From contig JBHGNT010000008.1 of assembly GCA_043228905.1 (NCBI GenBank), positions 12,834,001 to 12,898,000 on the forward strand: a stretch of DNA of 64,000 nt, in the 5' to 3' direction. The position numbers and the translations under genes were made by a program. The number at the start of each line of letters is the position of its first letter. Within the stretch, counting starts at the first letter, position 1. This document shows positions 13,357 through 25,323 of this stretch, piece by piece. Source of the DNA: Azolla caroliniana. Taxonomy: Eukaryota > Plantae > Polypodiophyta. The notes beneath the pieces were generated by a model, which did not search any database, was not told the origin of the DNA, and saw only the letters and a program-made list of their open reading frames with translations.

Positions 13357-14150
13357 TTCCGTGTTATTCTCTACAGTTACATGTGTAACATGCACCTGTA
13401 AATTTGCCCCATTTCAACTTAAAAGTTCTTACACCAATAGTTGGATCATCCGAGTTGAGGGTGATACCTTCCAAGATCGGAACATCTGTGTCCCAAAGAA
13501 TGCAAAATCTATTAGAAGTACTTGTAGTTTTTGGGGGGCATACTACTCTCCCCATTCCTGTTGCAATTTTATGTAACAAGTGTTCCAAATTTGTGGAAAG
13601 TCAAGCACTTCCACCTAGACAAGACATTTGTGACAAATTAGCCCTTGATAGTCTTTTGTCAAAGACCACGGCAATGCATGAACCATTTGATCTCTATATG
13701 TTAATGGATATTCTTCAAGTAATTGAGTTTTGTACTTCAGTTCTGATAGCAATACTTCTGTAAACCCTCTAGCAGGAAATAATAACTCCACTAACTGCAT
13801 AGACTTTAAACATGGCATTTATCCATTGAGCCACGTCATTTGTAGAAGGCATCTTCCCAGGAAAGAAAAGAATAATAGTGTTTGACATGTACACTTTTAA
13901 AGGATTCAACAAGTCTTGTGATGGAACTTGCAACCAAAACGTATTTGTTGCCTGTGTGCGTCGCGACTGGGGTAAATGGGCCAACGAAATCGAGGCCCTA
14001 TTTTTGGAATGGCACTAATGGGAGCACAGGCTGATGCGGCATTCAAGCTTGCTCCGTAGATTGTCCCATTCACTGACATAGGTCGCATTCTTGGTAGTAT
14101 GCTTGGGTGTCTTTCTATGTGGTTGGCCACCAGAGCCCACCTTGCCATAT
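13357..14150 (-). pseudogene. LINE ORF1-like fragment (DUF4283-like region + CCHC knuckle)
   Basis: Minus-strand frames give IILFFPGKMP..WIN..RGFTEV..HALPWS..LLHKIATGMGRVV..ACYTC, the layout of plant L1 ORF1. Confidence 0.6.
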
Positions 14151-14154
14151 CTTA

Positions 14155-14682
14155 CGCGCAGTAGTGTCACCCGTGTAATGGCCCTCGGCTATACCACAAT
14201 GGGCTTCTCGTAACATGGCTTCCTTCTCATAATTTCGAAAACACATTCGCCAAATGTCGTCGCTTCACTTGTGATACAAGGTTCCTTCTAATAGGCAGAA
14301 ATTGCAACTCCTGACCGCCAATCGCTTCTTCTCGTCCATTCGCATCCGTGGAGGTGGTAGGCATGTGCCAAGGAAATGGCTCATATACTCAAGCCATTTG
14401 TCGTTTGGTGATGACTTGTCTGTCTTGGCGTCGCTTGCCAAAATGCGTAGGATTCCGCTATCCGGAAAGTCATCATCCCCTTCGACAACATTCTCGCCAT
14501 TTTCGATACGGCTTAGATAATCAGCTATCGCATGCTGAGCGCCTAGCCGATGCTAGATTTCGAATTCGAATTCTTGTAATAGCAGCATCCATCGTGCCAG
14601 GTTCCCTATAAGTGATTGCTTCGAAACTAGATAGAGGAGTGTTGCGTGATCCACGTGAAAGACAAATTTCCGACCTCGTAGG
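14155..14682 (-). mobile_element. Ty3/Gypsy (Athila-like) RNase H to integrase fragment
   Basis: Minus translation LRGRKFVFHVDHATLLYLVSKQ..LARWMLLLQEFEFEI..ADYLSRIE..DDDFPD. Confidence 0.75.
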
Positions 14683-14763
14683 TGTCAAGAATAGTACTGA
14701 GACAGAGAGGAGATTAGTACTAAGAGATGAATATTAGTACTAAGAGGAAAAGAGGGTGTAGAA

Positions 14764-14836
<73 letters not shown>

Positions 14837-15048
14837 TGATGAAAAAAGATATATTATGTAGAAAGAATATACAAGGATAGTTAGGAGGCGTTGAACCGAT
14901 TTGGTTCGAAATAATTCCTTATACCGAGTCCTTATATAGTGTTTTCAGGAGTACTCCTGATGTTTCTAGATTGTTCCAAAGAAATTTGGAATATACATCA
15001 ATTTTCTATAGTGAAATAATAAATGAAAATCATATCTTTCATATTATA

Positions 15049-15113
15049 ATGTATAGTCTAATGGCAAAGGCTCGATCCATGTAACCTAAGGTCATAGGTT
15101 CGAATCTTACCAT
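15049..15113 (+). ncRNA. tRNA-like Pol III cassette, copy C (in the chromovirus 3' LTR)
   Basis: TAGTCTAATGG (15054-15064)-32 nt-GGTTCGAATCT (15097-15107), with T-loop TTCGAAT. Confidence 0.75.
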
Positions 15114-18100
15114 ATCATGATACTACTCGTCGTTTAAAACAACGAGTGTTATGAGTCATTTTGGATTGGGGACCCGGTTTGTCTAGAAATTGACGATGGA
15201 AGTCTTCAAGAAGAGCACAAGCATTGGTCACATTCTCTATTGGTTCCCAAGTACGCTCACTGGGACTATATCCTAGCTAATCAACCAAATAGTAGAGCTT
15301 GTTGTAAACAATCTTGGAATCGAGGATGGTGGCAACCTCGTACTCATGTCCATCTTCAAGTTCGATCGGGGGTGGAGGTGGTTTGATACGACCTGGGATA
15401 GTGTTGTCCTAATAGGGTTCTAGAAGAGAACTATGAAATACTGGATGTATTCGTAGTTGCGGCGGTAGATCGAGACGAAAAGCGACAATGTCATTAATTT
15501 TTCCGATTAAGGAAAGGACTTAATCGCCAATAATTCAATATATCGCATGGGTGAGTAGTCTTGATGTGTCGTCGTAATAGCCATACCCGATCTCCAATAT
15601 TAAAACTGGATGGAAGTCGATGACGATCCGCATAATCCTTGTGTGTTTGTTGAGCTTGTTGTAAATGAGTAGCTAAATTTGCTTGTATCTTGCGTAGCTG
15701 CTCCAAACCCTCCTCTACACAAGGATTTGTCGATAACTCTGGAGTTTCGAATACACACCATCGGGATGATAGCCCGTATAAGCATAAAATGGTGTAACCT
15801 TAGTCGATGAGTGGATAGAGTTATTATATGCAAATTCGGCGAAATGGAGGATAACCGCCCAGTCATCTTGGTGATAGCTTAGGAAACACCGAAGATACTA
15901 TTCCAGCGTTTGATTTGTTCGTTCTACTTGTCTGTCTATTGCGGATGGTAACCGGAGGAGAGGTTACAAGTTACCTTGAGCATTTTGAAGAGGTGCTTCC
16001 AGAATTTTGAGATGAACTTAGGTCCACGGTTGTTGATGATACTATTGGGGAGACCATGATGCCAACGTACCTCATGCATGACAGTTTCGATGGTTTCTTC
16101 ACTAGTGATTTCCTTAGTTGATGGCAGGAAATGGGCCATCTTCGTATATCGATCTACTACTGTTAAGATCGCATCGAATCCCTAAGAAAATGGAAGATCT
16201 GTGATGAAATCTAGAGCAATGGATGGCCATGGCTTGCTTGGAATTGGTAATGGTTCTAATAAACCATATGGATGATGTCTTGGCATCTTTGCTCTGCAAC
16301 ATGTATCGCATGTCCGAACATAATCTTCGACAAATCGGCGCATATGGGGACACCAAAATTATTGTTGTACTAAATCTAATGTTTTAGTACTACCAAAATG
16401 CCCAACGGTATATGTGTCATGACAATTTTGGACTACTCGAAGGCGACAAGAGCCATTAGGAACATACGAGAGACTCTTAAAGAATAGTAATCTATCATGA
16501 CATTCGAATTGTCGATAATCCGTACTTGGTTGTTGCGACTGTGAACAAGATGCCCGAGAGGGTCAATTTGTGCTAGAATGGCTTGAGAGAAAGCATATGT
16601 CTTCAAGTTCTCACATATGGTATCGATAATGTGGGAATCTAATGGCATATCGAAAACCCGGGTTGCTTGCAGTCGTGCCGGTCCCAGGATTACTTGCTTT
16701 TGGCTATCGAATGTTGGCTCACCCGGACACGGTCCTAGATACGAGCGCCACGATAATGCATATGCCTTCCCTTGCTGCTTTCTAGGACGATATGTAATTT
16801 TGAAGTCGAAACGAGTGAGGAATTGGACCCATCGAGCTTGACGTTGATTTAATACACAAACATTCTGGAAGTAGGCAAGATTTTTGTGATCACTGAATAC
16901 GGTGACTTGATGAGAAGATCCCTCTAGAAAATGCCTCCATGCGTAAAAGAGTCCACTATTGCTAACAACTCTTTATCGTGAATTTCATAGTTGATTTCGG
17001 TGGCGTTAAACTTGCGTGAGTGGAAAGCCACAGGATGTAGCTTTTCGTCATCACCTTGTTGTGAAAGAATGCTACCCAAGGCGAAATCTAACGCATCTGC
17101 CTCAATGATGAATGGTTTTGCCGGATCAACATGACCTAGAATAGGGGCTGATGTAAATTCCTTCTTAAGACTCTCAAAAGCCATGTCAGCTTCTTTAGAC
17201 CAAACAAACGACTCCCCCTTCTTGGTAAGTTGTGTGAGAGGCAGAATAAGCTTTGAGTAATCCTATATAAACTTGTGGTAGAAATTCACAAAGCCTAAAA
17301 AGCATTGCGGATCTCGCAACGAACGTGGAGTTTGTCACTCTACCACAGTTTTGACCTTAGATGGATCCATAGAGATGCCTTCCGAGGAGATGACATGACC
17401 CAAAAATTCCAACTGGTTGCACTCAAAGGTACATTTTTCTAGTTTTGCATAAAGACCATGTTCTCGAAGCCGTTTTAGTACTAACAATACATGAGAATCA
17501 TGCTCTTCTTGGGTCTTCGAATAAACCAGTAGATCATCCAAATAGATGATCAAACAAACATCCAAGAGATCTTGGAATATATCATTTGCCATGTGTTGGA
17601 AGACCGGTGGGACATTAGTGAGACCGAATGGCATGACTATATACTCGAAGTGCCCATATCTGGTGCGGAACGCGGTCTTCCATTCATCTCCTGCTCGGAT
17701 CCGTACGAGGTTATATGCTCCTCGTAAATCGATATTTGTGAAGAACCTTGCACCATTGATCCGTTCTAAAAGACTTGAGATAAGGGGAAGTGCATACCTA
17801 TTCCTAATGGTGACCTTATTCAAGCCGCGGTAGTCTACGACGAGATAAAGTGATCCATCCTTTTTCTTGACAAAGAAAATGGGTGTGCTGGCTAGAGATT
17901 TCGAATGTCAAATGAAACCGTTTATCAAATTCTCCTCTATATAGGCTCGAAGGACTTCTAGCTCGGTTGGTGACAAATTGTAGATCGGTCCCCATGGTGG
18001 CTCTTTTCTTGGTTGTAAATCGATGGGGCAATCATATGGTCGGTGGTGAGGAAGCGTATTGGCTTGTACCTTATCGAACACATTGGCATACTGACGATAC

Positions 18101-18317
18101 TTCTCTAGAAGTTGAATTGTGGATTCCTCTTTATTAGTGCTGGAAGGTTTTATTGATACCGCGAAGACAAACATTACTTCCTTGCGTCCTTCTTCACACA
18201 ATTGTTGTAGCGGAATGGTTGCAATCTTATGAGTAGATCCTTGGATTTGTTGATACCGGATTTCTCTTGTTCTCCAATCTATGCCTGGGTTATGTAATTC
18301 GAACCATGGTAACCCCA

Positions 18318-21300
18318 TGTTGAGAGACAAGCTCAACATCGGCCGGATCGGCTGAAGAAGCCGAGGACCGGATCGGTTGGGACCGATCGGTTAGGCCGAG
18401 TGCATAAACCGGGAGGCCATTAGGAAAGATATTCCGTGAGGAATATATTTGGGAGTTAGTGTAGGAGCTCATGATGAGCATTGAAGTACTGTCAGTACCT
18501 CGGTCAGTCCTTCTAGGACTTGTATAAAAGTGTTCACTGAGCACGTCTTATGTACAGACTGAGTATTATTGTTGAATATAGTTTTTTGTGTCTTCTCTTT
18601 CACTCTCTATGTCTCTCCCGCGTATACCGTGTAAGCTCAAGCTCTCCATTAAACCTGAGTGTTCTTCCTTCTGTTCTGTCTTCATACTTGCTTTCGCACG
18701 CTACTTTCTACATGGTATCAGAGCACGAGGGTTAAGAACCTCTCTGCAGCTGACACAGCTTGACGAAGAAGAACGAGAAGAACGATGGATAGAAGCATGG
18801 CAAGCTCGCTTCCAACAGAGAAGCTCGACAGAACCAACTACGCGTCTTGGTCCTACAAGATGCACCAGTACCGGCTCGGGCACGGCTACTGGAGTTATGT
18901 CGAAGGAGCTAATGACGCGGCACCTGAATCGACACACAGAGACTTTCCGTCGTGGGAGCAATCGGCGAGCAGGGTATTATACTACTTCGCGTCGTGTGTG
19001 GGCGAACAACTATTGAGCTATGTTCGGGATGCAAAGATGCCGAAGGGTGCATGGGAAAATCTGAAGAAGATCTTCGCCGCGAGCACCACAGCCAGGAAGC
19101 TTCAGCTCCAACAGGAGTTGAGCAACCTACGACAACGCGACTTGTCGGTGGCGGACTATACCTCGAAGATCAAGGATATCTGCGACTCCCTCGCCTCCAT
19201 AGAGGTGAACATCGAGGAGAGCGAGATGGTCCAGATCTGTCTCGGAGGTTTGGCGTCGAAGTTCGGAGCGTTCCGAACGGCTGTGTGTACCCGGGAGAAT
19301 ACGCCGTCCTTTTTCGACTTACAGTCGATGCTCCTGGTAGAGGAGAACCACGCGAGTGCGTCTACGAGCACGCACACCGATAGCAAGATGTTGTACACGG
19401 AGGGAGATAGGCCCCGTGGACGTGGAGGACGAGGCGAGTCGGAACGCAATGGAGGCGGCCGACGAGATCAAGAAAGAAGGCACCGAAGTGATGCCGACAA
19501 CAACTCCAGACCCTCTGGAAACAGGGGGAGTCGAAGCGATGAGAACCGGCAAGGGAAGTCCATCGCGGACTGCTGGTACTGTGGCAAGAAAGGCCACAAG
19601 GAAAGTGAGTGCTGGAAGAAGCGCGCCGATTCGGAGAGAACTGGTTCCGGGAACGGCTCCGGACATACTGACAAGGGAAATCGGCAGCGATCGCACTACG
19701 CCGAAGACTCTGGGAGAGCCGGAGAAGGGACTGCCTTCGTGACGAGACACGATGCAAACTCAATGAAGCAGACCACCCCGAGATCGGACGAGGTGTGGTA
19801 CGTAGACTCCGGCGCGTCAAACCACATGACGAGCCATAAGGAGTGGTTCTCGTACCTTGAAAAACCGATACAACCTGGAGTAGTCGCAACAGGAGAGGAC
19901 ACTCCACATCCGATCGCGAATGTCGGAGAAGTTCCCCTTAGCCATGTCGGGCAGAAAGGGAAACTCATGAACGTGTTACACGTTCCGACAATCACGAAAA
20001 ACTTGGTCTCGGTCGGACAGATCGTCGACCAAGGGACAGAGGTTCGGTTTACACACCTCGGGTGCTTCATTGAGGAAGAAGGCCGTGTGATTGCGCAAGG
20101 GCGCAGAGACAGGAGGATGTTCATCCTCGACTCCACTGACGGCGGCACCGCAATGTTCGCGAAGGGACAGAAGACCGAGTCGGACATCGACTTGTGGCAC
20201 AAGCGGATAGGCCACGTCAACCACCAACGGCTTCAAGATCTGCAATTGAAACAAGTAGTGTTCGGATTGCCCAAATTTAGTGGCCGAAAGGCACAATTTT
20301 GTGAAGCCTGCCAGCTCGGGAAGCAACACTGACTTCCTTTCCCCAATGAGCGAAATCGGAGTCGGAACAAGCTCGACCTTATACACTCCGATGTATGGGG
20401 GCCGGCACAAAACGTTAGTCTTGGCGGGAGCTGATATTTTGTCTCCTTCATCGACGACCACACGCGGCACACTTGGATCTACCTCATTGAGAGGAAGAGC
20501 GAAGTCTTCAACTGTTTTCGGGACCTCAAAGGGTTTGTGGAAACGGAAACGAAACTAAAGATCAAGTGTCTGCGGTCGGATGGCGGGAAAGAGTACTTTT
20601 CCGGTCAATTCAACGGTTATCTACAACAAATGGGAATTCGGCGCGAATTCAGTTGTAGATACACGCCGGAGCAGAACGGCGTGGCCGAGAGAAAGAATCG
20701 GTCAATTGTGGAAGCGGCACGGGCAATGCTGGAGGAGAAGAGCTTGCCTAAGTTCTACTGGGCCGAGGCGGTAAGGACCGCGGTATACATCCAGAACCGG
20801 ATCGGAGACAAAGTGTCAGCGCACGAGCTATATTTCGGAACGAACCCGAACTTGCGACACTTGAGGGTGTTCGGTAGCATTGCGTATGTGCATATACCGA
20901 AGGAGAAAAGGAGGAACCTGGACGCAAAGGCCGAGAAATGCATCTTGGTCGGTTACTCGAACGAGCAGAAGGGTTATAAGTGTTATAACCCTCGCACCAA
21001 ACAAGCGCGTGTCAGCCGCGACGTGGTGTTTGACGAGTCCGCGTCCTGGTACCTGCCCCCGACTACGAACCTAGACTCCAATCCGAGCTCTGACGATGAG
21101 GTCAGCGAGGCCGAGATGCCTCCGGATGAGCCCAAATCGAGACCCGCGAAGAGAGTCTGATTTCACTATGGTTAAGTGGACCAAGTGGACCGATTGGATG
21201 ACTGAGTCGGTACGACAAGTCCGATGAAGAGCCGGCGAGTAGTGGAGACTCGGCCGTGCATTCCCCGCGCAGGAAGCCGAGGAGACGGCTTACGCGCAAA

Positions 21301-24017
21301 GAGAAAGGGAAGAAGAAGGTGTCGGATTCCGGCACGGAAAGGAACGAGTCAGACCGACGCGAGTCCGACTCCGAGGGAACCGGTGACAGGTCTTTAAAGA
21401 TGAAGACCGCGTCGACCGAGAAGGCCTCGACATCGGCTAATGTGAGATTACGCCGATCTACCCGCCAGAATAACCCTGTTTTGCGGTTCGGATACAACGA
21501 GTACATGGCGCATCATTATGCGTACATGACCCGTGTAGCGGAAGTGCGTGAGCCGGAGAGCTACGCAGAAGCGGATAAAGACGCGAATTGGCGTGACGCG
21601 ATGGAGGAAGAGATGCACGCATTAGCGGAGAATGGGACCTTGGACCTGGTTGACGCACCAATAGGGGTAAAACTAATCGGGTGTAGGTGGGTGTACAAGG
21701 TCAAGTACAACACCGATGGCTCGGTCAACCGGTACAAGGCTCGACTAGTGGCAAAGGGCTACGTGCAGAAGCACGGCATCAACTACGATGAGACATTTGC
21801 GCCGGTTGCGAAAATGACGACCGTCCGTGTTTTGCTCGCAGTAGCTGCGGTGAAGGGGTGGCACTTACATCAAATGGATGTAAAGAATGCGTTCCTGCAA
21901 GGTGACCTTGAGGAACAAGTGTACATGGTACAGCCCCCCGGATTTCACTCCGGAACGAACTCCTCGGCAGTATGCCGACTAAAGAAGTCCCTTTACGGAC
22001 TGAAGCAAGCTCCGCGTGCCTGGAACGCGAAGATCACGCAACAACTGCGTCGGATGGGCTTCGTCACGTCAAAATCGGACTCTTCCCTGTTCATCCGGAA
22101 AGGTCGACTCGGACCGGTTAGTATTTTACTATATGTTGATGACTTGGTCATCACCGGCGCCGACCTCGGTGAAATCGACCGCGTGAAGCTCCAGCTTGCG
22201 GCATCGTTCGACATGAAGGATCTAGGGGACCTTCATTACTTCCTCAGGATCGAAGTGATCCGTACCCCCGAAGGCATATTGATCAACCAACGTCATTACG
22301 TGCTGAGTATGCTCTTCAAATTCGGGATGGCCGACTGTAAGTCTGTCTCGACTCCTCTGGACAGAACCGTCAAGCTTCATCCCGATACGGGAAAGGTATG
22401 CGACCCAACGAGGTTCCGACAAATTGTCGGAAGCCTCATATACATGACCATCACCCGACCCGACCTCAGTTATCCGGTCGGGGTGATCAGTCAGTTCATG
22501 GCGCGACCTACCGAGGAGCACCTTCAGTGTGCGCAACGCATACTTTGGTATGTCAACGGCACTAAGGACCGGGGACTGCTATATCGGACCGGTGCAGCCA
22601 CGCGGTTAGTCGGCTACACCGATGTTGATTGGGGTTGCAACACCGCCAATCGCCGATCCACGTCTGGATACGCGTTCTCCCTCGGGAGTGCCGCGATCGC
22701 GTGGAGCAGTAAGAAGCAGCTGACAGTTGCACTGTCGAGCACCGAAGCCGAGTACCGAGGAGCGGATGTCGCGACATGCGAAGCCATATGGTTGAAGCGG
22801 CTACTTAAGGACCTGCGAGAGGAGGTGTCTGATCCAACGACGATCTACTGCGACAACCTCAGCAGCATCCAACTCGCGAAGAACCCCGTCTTCCACGCAT
22901 GGACCAAGCACATTGAGGTGCACTACCATTTCTTCTGTGAGCGTGTCCTTTCCGGTGAAGTCGAACTTCAGTACGTTCCGACGGATCGGCAGACTGCCGA
23001 CATCTTCACCAAGCCTCTTGGTCTGGACAAGTTGCGGCAATTCTCAGGTGCGCTCGGATTGCGTCACCTCGACGTGCCGAACTTGAGGTGGAGAACCGTC
23101 CCGAACGACCAAGCAAGGCAGCAGGAAAGGAGCAGAGACTGCAACACCGAGTTCGAGTCGGTTGACTCGGTTGTCGAGTTCGACTTCGGATTGGCTGAAG
23201 AAGTCGAGGGCGGACCCCCGGAAAAGTCCGAAAGCGGACAGAAGGGGAGCAACCGAAGGAGAGAGCCGAAGCCAACCATGCATGGGGGAGATGACGCAAT
23301 TGAGGACGAGAAGACCGAAGACAAGTTGGAGACAGCCAACTCGGACGAGAGCGAAAACCGATCGGAAGTAGCCGAGTCGGTTCGAATGTTTGATTCAAAC
23401 ACGTTGAATCAACCGAGGCCCAAGCGGAAGAAAAGGCAGCAGAAGAAGCGTCAACACCGCAACAACAGAAGAGCTGATGAGGGCCACATGAGCAGACAAG
23501 CCGGCCGGAAGGGTCGAAGCGCGCGGAGTCGAACAAGTCGAGGAGCGCGAGCGAGGCGAGAAGCCAGGAGGAACCGGTGCTGTGAAGATCCCGAAGAGCC
23601 TCAAGTTGAGCTTGAGGGGGAGAGTTGAGAGACAAGCTCAACATCGGCTGGATCGGCTGAAGAAGCCGAGGACCGGATCGGTTGGGACCGATCGGTTTGG
23701 CCGAGTGCATAAACCGGGAGGCCGTTAGGAAAGATATTCCGTGAGGAATATATTTGGGAGTTAGTGTAGGAGCTCTTGATGAGCATTGAAGTATTGTCAG
23801 TACTTCGGTCAGTCCTTCTAGGACTTGTATAAAAGTGTTCACTAAGCACGTCTTATGTACAGACTGAGTATTATTGTTGAATATAGTTTTTTGTGTCTTC
23901 TCTTTCACTCTCTCTGTCTCTCCCGCGTATACCGTGTAAGCTCAAGCTCTCCATTAAACCTGAGTGTTCTTCCTTCTGTTTTGTCTTTATACTTGCTTCC
24001 GCACGCTACTTTCTACA
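18318..24017 (+). mobile_element. Full-length Ty1/Copia 'Copia-2', recently inactivated
   Basis: 395-bp LTRs at 18318-18712 and 23623-24017 (~12 differences by eye). TSD CCCCA. PBS 18713-18724. PPT GAGGGGGAG. Gag-pol 18785-23628 is broken by CGA>TGA stops (~20330, ~20432) and a frameshift (~21130). Confidence 0.97.
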
Positions 24018-24231
24018 CCCCAAGACAATTGGATGATCTGGACAACTAATTATATTTGTTGAGAATCGAACTCAACTTCCCATAGAAATAGGTTTCACAC
24101 TAGCTCATGGAAATACCATGCTAGTTTTGTAAATAGTAGAAAAGGGCCCTTGTCCTAGTTTAGTTGGTATTTAAACCAACCATTTGTAACCTTGTTAGTG
24201 TTGGAAGTATTTTGGTTGGATGTAATATATA

Positions 24232-24290
<59 letters not shown>

Positions 24291-24622
24291 CGCCTTACGT
24301 GCATACACACACACACAGTCCTTCCACTGCATCTCAGCCACTCTTGCTCCTCACCCTCTTTACATGGTATCAGAGCATGTGGTTGCTTAATCATCCTCCT
24401 CATTTCTTTTGTGGTGGTACACGCTGATGAACAATAGAACCGGCTCATCAACAGAGAAGAAATCACCATGAATACTCAGATGGGAAGCGCTCTTCTGATA
24501 GAGAAGCTCGACAGAACGAACTTCGCATCTTGGGAATACAAGATGCATCAATACCTTGTCGGGCAAGGTTACTGGAGCTAAATTGAAGGAGCTCACGAAA
24601 CCCAACCCAACCCAACAAACAC

Positions 24623-25323
24623 TGTCGTAGTGTAGTCCGCACACTACGTGAAAAATGTAAAAATCATATATCCGATTTAAGTACATATATATAAATAAAA
24701 TAAAATATTAAAATATTTATTACATGCATAGGGCAAGATTCAAACCTTATATCTCCATGTAAATAAAGCAGAACTTTACCATTGTATTAACTTATCATAA
24801 GTGTTATAAATATAGATTTAATAGGTATAAGACTTTTATTTATGCCTACCTTTATTAAAAGGTAAATCGTGCATTTTTTGAGTGCGTGAATACTTTATTT
24901 ACAAGAAAAATATAAACCAATAAAAAAATACTGAGCACTATATTTAGGAAATAAAAGCATAGTGGGAAAAGGCAACTCATGGACACTTAGTGTGCATGAA
25001 CACTTTAGAAAAAGCAGGAAGTTATGCCTAGTCTCTCCCATCCTTATATGAGGAGAGAAAGATGTATATGGGGGTTGATTATTTTGTAAGGATTGACCAA
25101 TATAATATATTCGTGGGATTCACGAATTTGTCATCTAAATTGTCTCCTACTATCTAAATATTGATTAAATACACTAAACTCGTGGGATTCACGAGATTCA
25201 TAACTTACCTCTCTTTCTACCTATTCATTACTAGCCTTATCTTATATTCTTCTCTCTCCTAGTCCAAAACCTTAGTGGTTCCCACCCGACTCACGCAACG
25301 ATCCGAAGCCGAAACACTTGACA
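24623..25323 (+). mobile_element. 701-bp TG...CA insertion with short TIR, 4-bp TSD and tRNA-like cassette
   Basis: TGTCGTAGTGT...ACACTTGACA, flanked by ACAC/ACGC. Removal restores gag PTNADYPAW. The 3' end resembles that of 5559-6519. Confidence 0.85.
24731..24793 (-). ncRNA. tRNA-like Pol III cassette, copy D
   Basis: TAATACAATGG (24779-24789)-32 nt-GGTTTGAATCT (24736-24746). Confidence 0.6.

Noticed and set aside
15049-15113. Functional tRNA genes at the five A/B-box cassettes
   Set aside because: No convincing acceptor or anticodon stems can be folded, and all five lie inside mobile elements, so they are called tRNA-like only.
23006-23908. 300-aa antisense ORF (and similar overlapping ORFs at 3338-3961, 7585-8579, 19319-20470)
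   Set aside because: These are shadow frames of GC-rich Copia coding and LTR sequence with no recognisable domains.
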